Shown here one piece after another: positions 27,426-37,426 of a stretch of 64,000 bases of DNA; position 1 is the first letter of the stretch, and each line of letters begins with the position of its first letter. Below the pieces are notes generated by a model, which ran no database searches, had not been told where the DNA came from, and saw only the letters and a program-made list of their open reading frames with translations. Source of the stretch: Vicinamibacteria bacterium (GTDB taxonomy: Bacteria; Acidobacteriota; Vicinamibacteria; Marinacidobacterales; Marinacidobacteraceae); NCBI GenBank assembly GCA_963422395.1, contig OY729431.1, forward strand, positions 544,001-608,000, given 5' to 3'. Position numbers and translations under genes: made by a program.

Positions 27426-28884
27426 CCACGATCCAGGCGTCCTTCGAACCCCCGCCCTGGCTGGAATTCACTACCAGGCTGCCCTTCTTGAGCGCCACCC
27501 GGCAGAGTCCTCCGGGAACGATCTCGGTCCGGTCCGCTTGCAGGACGAAGGGTCGGAGGTCCACATGGCGGGGCTCGATGTGCGAGCCGACCAGACAGGG
27601 CGCCCGCGAGAGGTCGAGCGTCGGCTGCGAGATGTAGTTGTCGGGATTTTCGCGGAGCGCCCGCGCGAATTCGTCCCGTTCCGCCCCGCTCGCATGGGGC
27701 CCCACCAGCATCCCGGAGCCCCCCGACTCTCCCACCGCCTTCACCACCAGGCGGTCCAGGTTGTCGAGGGTGTAGGCCAGACCGTCCGGCTCCCGGCAGA
27801 GCGTGGTGGGCACATTGGCGAGAAGGGGTTTCTGGTCCAGGTAGTACTCGATGATCCGAGGAACATACGCGTACACCCCCTTGTCATCGGCGACTCCGGT
27901 GCCCGGAGCGTTCGCGATCACGACCCGGCCCGCGCGGTAGGCGTGGAAGAGCCCCGGCACCCCGAGAACCGAGTCGGGCCGAAAGGTGAGCGGATCGATG
28001 AAATCGTCGTCGATGCGGCGGTAGATGACATCCACCGCGCGAAGGCCGCCGGTGGTGCGCATGAACACCCGCCGGTTGTGGACCAGCAGGTCGCGCCCTT
28101 CGACGAGTTCGATGCCCATCTGCCGGGCCAGGAAAGCGTGTTCGTAGTAGGCGGCGTTGTACACCCCCGGCGTGAGGAGCACGATGTTCGGGTCGCTCGC
28201 GTACGGCGGGGCGAGGGAGCGGAGGATGCCGAGCAGCCGCTGGCTGTACTGCTCCACATCCCGGACCCCGGAGCGCCGGAAGAGGCGGGGCAGGCTCCGC
28301 TTGACCGCATCGCGGCAGGCGAGCATGTAGCTCACTCCGGAAGGCACCCGCAGGTTGTCCTCGAGTACCTGGAACCCGTCGTGGGTGCGCACCAGGTCGG
28401 TGCCGCAGACCGACACATAGGCTCCTTGCGGAACCTCGATACCGCGCATCTCGATTCGGTAGTGCTTGCTGCCGTAGATCAGGTCGGCGGGAACCACCCC
28501 GTCCCGCAGGATGAGACCGCGGTGGTAGATGTCGTGGAGAAAGAGGTTGAGCGCCCGGACCCGCTGTTCGAGCCCCCGGGCCACCTCGTCCCATTCGCTT
28601 CCCTTCACGATGCGCGGCAGGCAGTCGATGGGGAAGACGCGCTCGATGGTCTGTTCGTCGCCGTACACCGTGAAGGTGATGCCCTCGTGGAGGAAGGACT
28701 TCGTGACCCGTTCCTGGATCTGCCGGAGCTCGTCCGGCGGAGTCTTTCGGATGGTCTCGAAGAAGTCGGCGCAGTGCTGCCGGGCCGCTCCGTCCGGCCC
28801 GAACATCTCGTCGTAGAAGGTCGAATCGAAATCGTACTGCCGGAACGAGGGGCTGGCAGCACGCACCGCCGCGGCTGCGCTCAC
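27409..28884 (-). CDS. Circularly permuted type 2 ATP-grasp protein
   Basis: GITF.VY, VLEDNLRVPSGVSY, YRRIDDDF.DPL, NAPGTGVADDK, RHVDLRPF, VNSSQGGGSKD. Confidence 0.93.
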   Translation of the reverse strand: MSAAAAVRAASPSFRQYDFDSTFYDEMFGPDGAARQHCADFFETIRKTPPDELRQIQERVTKSFLHEGITFTVYGDEQTIERVFPIDCLPRIVKGSEWDEVARGLEQRVRALNLFLHDIYHRGLILRDGVVPADLIYGSKHYRIEMRGIEVPQGAYVSVCGTDLVRTHDGFQVLEDNLRVPSGVSYMLACRDAVKRSLPRLFRRSGVRDVEQYSQRLLGILRSLAPPYASDPNIVLLTPGVYNAAYYEHAFLARQMGIELVEGRDLLVHNRRVFMRTTGGLRAVDVIYRRIDDDFIDPLTFRPDSVLGVPGLFHAYRAGRVVIANAPGTGVADDKGVYAYVPRIIEYYLDQKPLLANVPTTLCREPDGLAYTLDNLDRLVVKAVGESGGSGMLVGPHASGAERDEFARALRENPDNYISQPTLDLSRAPCLVGSHIEPRHVDLRPFVLQADRTEIVPGGLCRVALKKGSLVVNSSQGGGSKDAWIVDAGCN

Positions 28885-28937
28885 CGCAGCCGTGGGGAGA
28901 TCCCGGCGGAGCGGCGCCGGGGCGTGCTCATCGAATC

Positions 28938-30242
28938 TCAGGCGGATTTCGGCAGCCCGTTTCGGGCCACATGTTCGTATGCCTCACAGAAGGTGTCGAG
29001 TTCGCCCATCGTGGTGTACAGGTTCGGAGTGACCCGCAGCCCCCGGAATTCGTCGTGCAGGATGGGGGTGACGATGATGTGGTGCTTCTCCCAGAAATAG
29101 TCGCGCAGTCTGGAGGGATCGACCGACTCCAGGTCGATGTTGCCGATCGCACAGCTCATCTTCGGGTTGCGCGAGGTGTGGAGCTTCGTCCCCGGGAGAG
29201 CCGAGAGACGGTCCGCCCAGGTGTTCTTCAGATAGCGCAGCCGGGCCTCCTTGCGCTCGGAGCCCATCGTGTTGTGGAAGGTGATCGCCTCTCCGACCGC
29301 CACGAAGTTGGCTGCCGGATGGGTGCCGATCTCCTCGAACTTGCGGATGTCGGCGTCCATGCGCTCCGGAGCGGGCATCATCGGCCAGATCTTCGGGATC
29401 TTCTCCTTCTTCACATAGAGCATCCCCGTGCCCTTGGGCGCGAGCAGCCACTTGTGGAGGCTGGTTCCGAAGTAGTCGCAGCCGATGTCTTCCTGCCGGA
29501 AGTCGAACTGGGCGAAGGAGTGGGCGCCGTCCACCATCACCTCGACCCCGCGCTCCCGCGCCGCCTCGGCGACCGCCTTCACCGGGAGGATCTGACCGGT
29601 GAGGTTGATCTGGTGGGACATCAGGATGATCCGGGTGCGGTCGGTGATGGCGCTTCGGAACCCCTCGACGATCTCCTCGTCGGTTTCGGCCGGGGTGGGG
29701 ATCCGGATGTATTCGATGTCGATGCCTTCCCGGCGCGCCCGCTGGCGCAGGGTGGTGAGCATCCGCCCGTAGTCCTGTGTGGTGGTGAGCACCTGGTCGC
29801 CGGATTTCAGGTCCATCCCGAGGAGGAGGATCTCCATCGCCTCGGAGGTGTTGCGGACGAGCGCCACTTCCTCGGGATCGCAGCCGAAGAGCCTGGCGAG
29901 CCGCTGGCGCACGTTCTCCTTGCGGGGTTCGAGGATCTGCCACATCGTGTACACCGGGGCCTCTTCCTGTTCCCAGGTGTAGCGGACGAACGCCTCGGTG
30001 ACCATGCGGGGCGACGGACAGACCCCCCCGTTGTTCAGGTTGATGATGGAGCGCGAAACACTGAACGCATGCTGGATCTCGGCCCAGTAACTTTCGTCCT
30101 GGGCGATGTCTTCGGGACTCCGCTGCGCCGCTTGCCGGCCGGCGGCCTCCACCCGGCGGATGGTTTCGGGTCCGAACAGGGTGGCGACGAGAGCGCCGCT
30201 CCCCGCTCTACCGGCTGAGGAGAGAAAGCGTCTGCGCAACAT
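28938..30242 (-). CDS. Tat-exported class V PLP aminotransferase (isopenicillin-N epimerase/selenocysteine lyase-like)
   Basis: LRRRFL, LNNGGVCPSP, VDGAH, SLHKWLLAPKGTG. Confidence 0.87.
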   Translation of the reverse strand: MLRRRFLSSAGRAGSGALVATLFGPETIRRVEAAGRQAAQRSPEDIAQDESYWAEIQHAFSVSRSIINLNNGGVCPSPRMVTEAFVRYTWEQEEAPVYTMWQILEPRKENVRQRLARLFGCDPEEVALVRNTSEAMEILLLGMDLKSGDQVLTTTQDYGRMLTTLRQRARREGIDIEYIRIPTPAETDEEIVEGFRSAITDRTRIILMSHQINLTGQILPVKAVAEAARERGVEVMVDGAHSFAQFDFRQEDIGCDYFGTSLHKWLLAPKGTGMLYVKKEKIPKIWPMMPAPERMDADIRKFEEIGTHPAANFVAVGEAITFHNTMGSERKEARLRYLKNTWADRLSALPGTKLHTSRNPKMSCAIGNIDLESVDPSRLRDYFWEKHHIIVTPILHDEFRGLRVTPNLYTTMGELDTFCEAYEHVARNGLPKSA

Positions 30243-30343
30243 CGTTCGACCTGCTCCTTCGCGGGGAACCCCGCACGGCTCCGTTTGCCCGGATGCAGCC
30301 GGAGCGTCCCCCGAATGTACCACCGGCGCTTACCATCCCGGCC

Positions 30344-31870
30344 ATGTTCCATGCCCTCTCGGACCTCCTGCGTCGGGTCCCGCCGGTCTTCGACTCCACC
30401 GTCGGCCATCTGGTGATCGCACTGGGTGTGCTGATCGCCACGCTCGGATTCGCGCTGCTCGCGGTCGCCCTGTTGCGCCGGGCGCTCTCGCGTCTCGGCA
30501 TCGGCGATCGGGTCACCTCCCGGATCGGCCGCGCCGTCCGCATCGTGCTCGGGCCGGAACGCGCCTCGAAGCAGGATGTGGATCAGATCTCCGGCCGCAT
30601 CCTCTTCTGGAGTTTGCTGATCCTGGTCATCGCGGCGGTGGCCTCGGTGGTGGATTTCTCGAGCCTCGGCGGCGTCGGCGGGGCGACTGCCGGGCGCATC
30701 ATGGGCCTCGTCGCACAGCTCGGTCAGGCGTTGCTCTTGCTGCTGGTCGCCTGGTTCCTGGCGGCGGTCCTCCGGCGGGCGGTTCGGGTGGCGCTCGAGG
30801 TCGCCGGAGTGGATGAGCGGCTCGAAAAAAGCTCGGCGGCGGCTCCGGGCCGGATATCCCAGGCGGTGCCCGAAGCGGTGTACTGGATCGTGCTGCTTCT
30901 CTTCCTGCCGCAGATCCTGAGAACCCTCGATCTCGATGGAGTGTTGTTCCCGATCGAGACGATCGTGGATCAGCTGATCCGGTTTCTGCCCGATGTCTTC
31001 GGCGCGATCGTCATCTTCCTGGTCGGGTGGTTCGTGGCCCGCATCGCCAAGGCGGTGGTGACCAACCTCCTCGCCGCGGTGGGACTCGACCGCGCTGCCG
31101 AAAGGTTCGGGCTGCGCCGGCTCCTCGGCTCCCGCGCGCCGTCGGCGCTCCTCGGCGGGATCGCCTACCTGCTGGTGCTCTTCCCGGTCCTCCTGACCGG
31201 ACTAGACCGCCTCAGCCTCGAGATGATCACCCGGCCGGCCAGCGACATGCTCGCCCGGGTCTTCGGCGCGCTGCCCCTGGTCCTCGTTGCGGCGGCGCTG
31301 CTCGCGACCGCGTATGTGGTGGGCCGGGTGGTGTCGAACCTGGTGCGCGATCTGCTGCGGCAGGCGGGTTTCGACCATGTGCTGACCCGGATCGGGCTGA
31401 CGGACGCGGGCACCACCGAAGAGCTCGCAGCATCGAACATCGTGCGGGTGCTGCTGCTCACCGTCGTCATGTTGTTCGCGAGTATCGAGGCAGCGAGCCT
31501 CATCGGCTTCGACAACGCCGCCGAACTGTTGACCCGGCTCCTCGAGTTCGCCGGTCAGTTCCTGCTCGGAGTGGTGTTCCTGGGTTTCGGGGTCTTCCTC
31601 GCCAACCTGTCGGCGCGGGCGATCAGCGCCAGCTCGATATCCCAGGCGCGTCTGCTGGCCCTCGCGGCGCGGATCGGCATCCTGCTCTTCACCACTGCGG
31701 TCGGGCTTCGTCAGATGGGAATCGCCAACGAGATCATCGAACTGGCCTTCGGTATCGTCCTCGGCGCGGTGGCCGTCGCGTTCGCAGTGGCCTTCGGACT
31801 CGGCGGCCGTGACGCGGCCGCCCGCCAGATCGAGCGTTGGCGGGCCCGGATGTCCGACGAGGAGGAGTAG
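30344..31870 (+). CDS. TM-helix repeat protein, MscS/CmpX-like mechanosensitive channel family
   Basis: Repeated ~95-aa TM units (LP.V.GAIVIFLVGWFVA; G.D); C-terminal AVAFGLGGRD. Confidence 0.8.
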   Translation: MFHALSDLLRRVPPVFDSTVGHLVIALGVLIATLGFALLAVALLRRALSRLGIGDRVTSRIGRAVRIVLGPERASKQDVDQISGRILFWSLLILVIAAVASVVDFSSLGGVGGATAGRIMGLVAQLGQALLLLLVAWFLAAVLRRAVRVALEVAGVDERLEKSSAAAPGRISQAVPEAVYWIVLLLFLPQILRTLDLDGVLFPIETIVDQLIRFLPDVFGAIVIFLVGWFVARIAKAVVTNLLAAVGLDRAAERFGLRRLLGSRAPSALLGGIAYLLVLFPVLLTGLDRLSLEMITRPASDMLARVFGALPLVLVAAALLATAYVVGRVVSNLVRDLLRQAGFDHVLTRIGLTDAGTTEELAASNIVRVLLLTVVMLFASIEAASLIGFDNAAELLTRLLEFAGQFLLGVVFLGFGVFLANLSARAISASSISQARLLALAARIGILLFTTAVGLRQMGIANEIIELAFGIVLGAVAVAFAVAFGLGGRDAAARQIERWRARMSDEEE

Positions 31871-31879
31871 GTAGAGCCG

Positions 31880-33937
31880 ATGTCCCTCGGATTTCGCTGG
31901 AAAGGCCGCACCATCCGCCGCGCGGCGGTGATCGGTTCGGGTCAGATCGGACCGGACATCGCGCTCCATCTGGTCGAGAAGCTGGCCCCGCACGGCGTCG
32001 AGATCGCGGTGCTGGATATCTCCGCGGCGGCGCTCGAAGCCGGCCGGAAGAAGATGTTCCAAAAGATCGAAAAGGGCCGCCGCCGGCCGGGCGCCGGCCG
32101 CGGGAGCGATGCCGATCGGCTGCGCGCCTCGGTGGAGTTCACCTCCGACTACGGCCGGCTCGAAGGCGCCGGGCTCGTGATCGAGGCGGCTTCCGAAGAC
32201 CTGGCGATCAAACGGAGGATCTTCGCCGCGGTGGAAGAACGCACCGAACCCGACGCGGTACTCCTTTCGAATTCCTCCCACATCGAACCGTCCCGCATCT
32301 TCAGCGAGCTGGAACGGCCCGGACGCGCCGCGGTCGCACACTACTTCTTTCCGGCGGAACGCAATCCGGTGGTCGAAATCGCGGCCGCCGAGGCCGCCGC
32401 TGCGATGGTCCCCTGGCTGCTCTCCTGCTACGAGGAGATCGGCAAGGTGCCGGTTTCCGTCCGTAGCCGGTTCGGGCACGCGTTGAACCCGATCTTCGAG
32501 GGTCTCTTCCTGGCCGCGGCGGCGGCCGTCGAAGAGGGACTCGGGACGACTCGGGAAGTGGACGATGTTGCCCGCCGGGCGCTTCGCCTCGGAATCGGTC
32601 CCTTCACTGCGATGAACCTCACCGGCGGGAACCCGATCGCCTACGAGGGATTCCGGGAGATGCACGCGCGCCTCCATCCCTGGTTTCGGGCGCCCCGCCT
32701 GCTCGACGAGGCGATGGCGGAAGGCGGACCGACGGGCCGGGTCTGGGAGGTTCCGGAACGCGGTGAAGAGGTCGACGTCCCCGAGCAGCGCCGGCGCGCC
32801 ATCGAGGATCGGATCACCGCCGCTTACCTCGGGCTCGCCGCCTGGACCGTCGCCGAAGGCGCCCTCCCGGCGCCGGACCTCGACTTGGCCTGCCATCTGG
32901 CGCTGGCGGCGGCCCGCCCCTTCGGGCTCATGCGCCGGCTGGGAGCGCGGCGGGTGCGGGAGCTGATCGACGGCTACCGGGAGCTTTCGCCCCATTTCTT
33001 CGACGCCGCCGATCTCGGAGATGTGGTTTCGGTCTGGACCGCCCGCTCCGTCCCTCGGGTGGGCCGCCGGGACGCACCGCTCGAGGACGGTGGAGCGGTG
33101 GCGGTGCTGACCATCAGGCGCCCCGAGGCGCTCGGAGCGCTCGACGAGTCCGTGTTCGCCGAACTCGGATCCCACCTCGACGATCTCTCGCTTTCCGACC
33201 GGATTCGCGGAGTGGTGATCACCGGGTTCGGAACCAGGGCATTCGTATCCGGGGCCGATGTCCGCATGTTGGCGGAGATCGGCTCCCCGGAGGAAGGAGA
33301 GCAGCTTTCGCGCGCCTCGCATCGAGTGTTCGACCGGATCGAAGGGTTCGGCAAACCTGTGGTCTGCGCTCTGAACGGGATGGCGGTCGGCGGGGGCAGC
33401 GAGCTGGCGATGGCCTGCCACGCCCGGATCGCCCGTGAGGGACTCCCGGTGCTCGCAAGGCAACCGGAGCCGGACCTCGGGATCCTCCCGGGTGCCGGGG
33501 GCACGCAGCGCCTGCCGCGGCTGATCGGAGTGGAAGCCGCCTGGCCGCTCCTGCGGAGCGGACGGGGAGTATCCTCGGAGGAGGCGCTTCGGCTCGGTTT
33601 GGTGCGCGAGCTCGTTTCCGGTGAGGAACTTCGGGAACGGGCGGTCGAAATCGTTGCGGCGGCGGCTTCGGGGGAAGCCCCGCTCCCGGGGATTCCCCAG
33701 GGGCCGATCCCGGTCCCCGACGAGCTCCCCGAAGGGGACATCGGGCACCGGTCCCGCGCCGTGGACGCCCTCATCCAGCGAGCGGTGCTCGAAGGCGCGG
33801 CGGGCGATCTCGCCTCCGGGCTGGAACGGGAGATCCGCCTCTTCGGCGAGTGCTGCTCGCTCGAGGACATGCGGATCGGGGTGCGGAACTTCCTCGAAAA
33901 CGGTCCGCGCACCCCCGCCCGCTTCCTCCACCGATAG
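31880..33937 (+). CDS. 3-hydroxyacyl-CoA dehydrogenase / enoyl-CoA hydratase fusion
   Basis: AVIGSGQIG, VIEAASEDLAIK, AFVSGADV, GGGSELAMAC, LGILPGAGGTQRLPRLIG. Confidence 0.88.
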   Translation: MSLGFRWKGRTIRRAAVIGSGQIGPDIALHLVEKLAPHGVEIAVLDISAAALEAGRKKMFQKIEKGRRRPGAGRGSDADRLRASVEFTSDYGRLEGAGLVIEAASEDLAIKRRIFAAVEERTEPDAVLLSNSSHIEPSRIFSELERPGRAAVAHYFFPAERNPVVEIAAAEAAAAMVPWLLSCYEEIGKVPVSVRSRFGHALNPIFEGLFLAAAAAVEEGLGTTREVDDVARRALRLGIGPFTAMNLTGGNPIAYEGFREMHARLHPWFRAPRLLDEAMAEGGPTGRVWEVPERGEEVDVPEQRRRAIEDRITAAYLGLAAWTVAEGALPAPDLDLACHLALAAARPFGLMRRLGARRVRELIDGYRELSPHFFDAADLGDVVSVWTARSVPRVGRRDAPLEDGGAVAVLTIRRPEALGALDESVFAELGSHLDDLSLSDRIRGVVITGFGTRAFVSGADVRMLAEIGSPEEGEQLSRASHRVFDRIEGFGKPVVCALNGMAVGGGSELAMACHARIAREGLPVLARQPEPDLGILPGAGGTQRLPRLIGVEAAWPLLRSGRGVSSEEALRLGLVRELVSGEELRERAVEIVAAAASGEAPLPGIPQGPIPVPDELPEGDIGHRSRAVDALIQRAVLEGAAGDLASGLEREIRLFGECCSLEDMRIGVRNFLENGPRTPARFLHR

Positions 33938-33966
33938 CCCGCCCGGAGGGGGAGACCGGCGCTTCC

Positions 33967-34902
33967 CTACTTGCCCAGGTCGTCCCAGGTCTCGCGCAAC
34001 CCCAGCTGATAGGCGACTCGGGAGAGCGCGGACTTCGTGTCGTCGTCGAGGGGGATGCCCAGGGTGCGCCGCTCTTCTTCGATGGCTGCTGCCGGCTGGC
34101 CGGGATAGAGGATCCGGGCGCGGCGCAGATGCCCGAGCCGCTCGACCATCCGATTGCGGAATCCGGCCCAGGGCGCGAAGGCCCGCACCCGGAAGGCGAG
34201 GAACAGGTGTCCGAGACCGCGGTGGACCGGCTCGGGGTGCGGTACCGCGGCGAGCTCCGCGGGCAGCGCGCCGCCGCCGAGCAGGACGAGCGATTCCAGC
34301 GCCAGCGAAAGCCCGAGCTCCGCTTCGGTTTCCTTCTCGCCGTTTTGGGGAGCGGCGAGGCTCAGCACCAGCGGGGCCGCCGTCTCGGCGGTGGGAACCG
34401 CGATTCCCAGCGCTACCGGATCGCGCGCGGTTCCGGACCCGGCGACCTCGGGAAGCGGCGGGGCGCCGCTGATGGCGACTCCGGCCATCTGCTGGGGGAG
34501 CGCCAGCGCGGCGAAATGCCCCGGAGAGCCCAGCCGGTTGCTCCGGCGTACCGCGGTGGCGCCGACCCCGTGCCGCGCGGCGCCCGCGATCGCCTCGGTC
34601 ATGGCGCGGCGCCCGACCGCCGGACCGGGGCCGTTGTCACCGTCGAGAACTGCGGCCCCCCCCGAGGAAGCGGCGACGCGCATGCTCGGGAATGGGTTCA
34701 CATGCCGGGTCGAGAGCCCGTTGACCAGATCGGGCAGCCAACCGACCCCGTTGGCGTCCTCGCCGGCGAGGTTGGCCGCCACCATGGCGTCGGCGGTCTG
34801 GGAGGCGAGCTCGGGCGCGAGCCGAACCCGTTTCAGGGTTTCGCGGACGAAGAAGTGCAGCCGGCCATGCCGGATTCGGAGCGGCTGTCCGGTTTCGCTC
34901 AC
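33967..34902 (-). CDS. Ldh_2 (malate/L-lactate/ureidoglycolate dehydrogenase) family protein, degenerate
   Basis: AVLDGDNGPG, AM..AI..A..HGVG..AVRRSN, GHLFLAF, ILYPG; several conserved His residues appear absent. Confidence 0.7.
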   Translation of the reverse strand: MSETGQPLRIRHGRLHFFVRETLKRVRLAPELASQTADAMVAANLAGEDANGVGWLPDLVNGLSTRHVNPFPSMRVAASSGGAAVLDGDNGPGPAVGRRAMTEAIAGAARHGVGATAVRRSNRLGSPGHFAALALPQQMAGVAISGAPPLPEVAGSGTARDPVALGIAVPTAETAAPLVLSLAAPQNGEKETEAELGLSLALESLVLLGGGALPAELAAVPHPEPVHRGLGHLFLAFRVRAFAPWAGFRNRMVERLGHLRRARILYPGQPAAAIEEERRTLGIPLDDDTKSALSRVAYQLGLRETWDDLGK

Positions 34903-36200
34903 GACAGGAGTTCCCCGAGCGGCCCGCTCCAGCCCCAGAGGAGCACCAGCACGATGGCCGCCGGAATCACTCGGCGAATCCAGAAGAGCCAGAGCGCGCC
35001 CGGCGGCTTCGAGGCGCCGCGCCCGGCTTCGGCCAGCGCCCGGCCGCGGGAGACGAAGTATCCGAGGCCGATGAGGGTGAGCGCCGAGCCCACCGGCTGC
35101 ATCGTGGAGCCCCAGAGCAGATCGCTCCAGGCGAGATAGTCGGAGCTCGCCATGGACGGGACGGCGAGCGGGATCTGGATTGCGATCACTGCCAGAATCA
35201 CTCTGCCTCGACTCCATCCGGTCCAGGGTGCCGCGGAGCCCACGATCACTTCGAGCGCGGCGAGTGCGGAGAGGAAGGCGGCGAGGAAGAGCGCCAGGAA
35301 GAAGATCGGCCCGAACAGCTGCCCTCCCGGCATGGCGGCGAAGACGCGGGGCAGGGTGAAGAACAGCAGCGGCGGCCCGGACGCCGGCGCCACCCCGAGG
35401 GCGAACGCCGCGGGCAGTACCGCGAGCCCGCCGAGGATCGCGGCGCCGGAGTCGCCGAGGATCGTCGAACCGGCGAGGCGGCGCAGGTCGGCGCCGGACG
35501 GCAGGTAGCTGCCGTAGGCGAGGAAGAAGGTCCCTCCGAGGGAAAGACTGAAGAACGCCTGGCCGAGCGCAGCGAGAAATGTCTGGCCGGTCACCTCGTC
35601 GAGATCGGGCCAGAGGAAGTAGCGGATTCCGGCAGCAGCTCCCGGAAGGGTCACCGAGCGGGCGGCGACCGCCAGGAGGCCGACTCCCGCGAGCGGTATG
35701 GCGATTCGGGAGAGCCGTTCGACGCCGCGCCGTACTCCGAGAGCGCAAACCGCGCCCATCGCGGCGAAGACGATGACGGTCCAGCCGAGGTTCGCGGCGG
35801 TCACGCCTCCGAAGTGCGCCGCGTAGAAGGCTTCCGGTTCCGGGACGATGCCTCCCCGCACTGCGTAGAAGAGCACCTGGGCCACCACCACGGTGTAGTA
35901 GGAGGCCGCCATGAAGACGGTCAGGAAGAGCAGCCCGCCGATCGCGCGGCCTCCCGGCATCCCGATGCTGGTGAAGGCTCCGCCCGGCCCGGCGCGGGTC
36001 AGCCGGCCGAGGCTCCATTCGCCGATCAGCGCCGGTGCTCCGAGGAGCAGGACGAAGACGAGATAGAGCAGCACGAACGCCCCGCCCCCGTACTGTCCCG
36101 CCATGTAGGGAAAGCGCCAGATGTTGGCGAGGCCGACGGCGACCCCGATGAGCGCCATCGCCGACCCGAAACGGGTGCCGAAGCGCTCGCTGCTCATCAT
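34899..36200 (-). CDS. Sodium-dependent transporter (NSS/SNF family)
   Basis: GVAVGLANIWRFPY..GQYGGGAF, GVER, ALGQAFFSLSLG, GPPLLF.TLP. Confidence 0.92.
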   Translation of the reverse strand: MMSSERFGTRFGSAMALIGVAVGLANIWRFPYMAGQYGGGAFVLLYLVFVLLLGAPALIGEWSLGRLTRAGPGGAFTSIGMPGGRAIGGLLFLTVFMAASYYTVVVAQVLFYAVRGGIVPEPEAFYAAHFGGVTAANLGWTVIVFAAMGAVCALGVRRGVERLSRIAIPLAGVGLLAVAARSVTLPGAAAGIRYFLWPDLDEVTGQTFLAALGQAFFSLSLGGTFFLAYGSYLPSGADLRRLAGSTILGDSGAAILGGLAVLPAAFALGVAPASGPPLLFFTLPRVFAAMPGGQLFGPIFFLALFLAAFLSALAALEVIVGSAAPWTGWSRGRVILAVIAIQIPLAVPSMASSDYLAWSDLLWGSTMQPVGSALTLIGLGYFVSRGRALAEAGRGASKPPGALWLFWIRRVIPAAIVLVLLWGWSGPLGELLS

Positions 36201-36264
36201 GGGGTACCGCCTCCTGTCTCCGGCATCCGGATCGGGAACAGGCGCTGGAGCATTGGGCCAGCGC

Positions 36265-36645
36265 CTATTCGACGAAGAGTTTCGCGCCGCGCCGGAGGAC
36301 CACCGCGGCAGGGTGGGCCGCCGCCGCGGGAGGGTGGGAATTCGACCAGCTGAGCTGAAGCCCCAGCAGGGTGAGGAGGCCGGCTCCCGTCAGGCCCAGG
36401 GCGACGCCTACCTGGATTCCCTGGATCTTTCCGGTGAGCACCGCCGAGGCGATGAGGACCAGCCATACGACGGAGGCGATCGGCACGAGCCAAATCATGA
36501 CCCGGCGGAACGATTTCTTCTGGCCTGATTCGATCTTTTCGAGTTTTCGCGCCTCTGCCTCCGCCTCATCGCGAAGCTTCGGATCCTCTGTCAGGAGGCT
36601 CTCGGACGGCGTGACGGGAGGTTCGACGAACGGCTCGTCCTTCAC
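36265..36645 (-). CDS. Small two-TM membrane protein, candidate toxin partner of Panacea
   Basis: GTG overlaps the Panacea stop (GTGA); acidic N-terminus then two hydrophobic segments. Confidence 0.55.
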   Translation of the reverse strand: MKDEPFVEPPVTPSESLLTEDPKLRDEAEAEARKLEKIESGQKKSFRRVMIWLVPIASVVWLVLIASAVLTGKIQGIQVGVALGLTGAGLLTLLGLQLSWSNSHPPAAAAHPAAVVLRRGAKLFVE

Positions 36646-37181
36646 TTCGGCTCCTCGATCTCCTCGTTTGCCAGCGACTTCCGATGCAGCTCGAGCATCT
36701 TCCGGTAATAGAACTCGATGAGGTCGTTCGACATCCTCGCGTGACGGCGGCCTTCCCGGTAGGTCAGCTCCCAGGGCGAACTGGGGGCATGGGTGAGTCT
36801 CGACAAGCGGGAGGCGCTGAGCGGCCCATAGCGTCCGACCGCGTCCAGCATCACCTTTCGCGCCTCGGGATCGAAGTCTTTTTTCGGTTTTTCCGATTCT
36901 AGATTCGACGCTTTCACCGGCTGGGCGCCGAGGTGCTTCACGGCGTGGTACAGCTCGGGGAACACCGGGCCGTACTGCCAAGCCTCCAGCGGTCCGCGGA
37001 CGAGCGGAATCCGGTAGAGGCCGAGCATCCAGCCGTGCGCGAGAAAAACGATCTTGAGGAGCTTCATCGGCGTCATGGGGAAGCCCTGTCTCTCTGATTC
37101 GATGAGGAGGAAGCGGGCGACGGCGATCGCCGAGTGCGCCACCAGCGGCTCCAGACTGTCCCGACTGCGGCGCTTCCACAT
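36642..37181 (-). CDS. Panacea-domain antitoxin (DUF4065/SocA)
   Basis: TPMKLLKIVFLAHG, EAWQYGPV.PELY, LS.LTH...SPW. Confidence 0.88.
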   Translation of the reverse strand: MWKRRSRDSLEPLVAHSAIAVARFLLIESERQGFPMTPMKLLKIVFLAHGWMLGLYRIPLVRGPLEAWQYGPVFPELYHAVKHLGAQPVKASNLESEKPKKDFDPEARKVMLDAVGRYGPLSASRLSRLTHAPSSPWELTYREGRRHARMSNDLIEFYYRKMLELHRKSLANEEIEEPK

Positions 37182-37270
37182 GGCGGCTCTTCGAGGTTCT
37201 TTCCTCGAATCCTCTCGATCCGATCGAATCGAGGGTCAGTGTACCGACTTCGGCCCGGCCCGCCGCTGCG

Positions 37271-37426
37271 CTACCGGGTCGAGCCGTTTGTACCGCCCGC
37301 TTCCCTCTCGGCGGCGGCCAACCGCCGGCGTTCTGCCGCCAGCCGCCTCCCCATCAGCGCCAGCCGGGCCAGATAGGCCGCCGCCAGCAGGAAGAAAACC
37401 GTGTATCCGGCAGCGAGATAGGCCAT
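37271..37426 (-). CDS. ccmD: Heme exporter protein D
   Basis: Short ORF MAYLAAGYTVFF..YL..L followed by a basic tail, directly after ccmC. Confidence 0.75.
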   Translation of the reverse strand: MAYLAAGYTVFFLLAAAYLARLALMGRRLAAERRRLAAAEREAGGTNGSTR

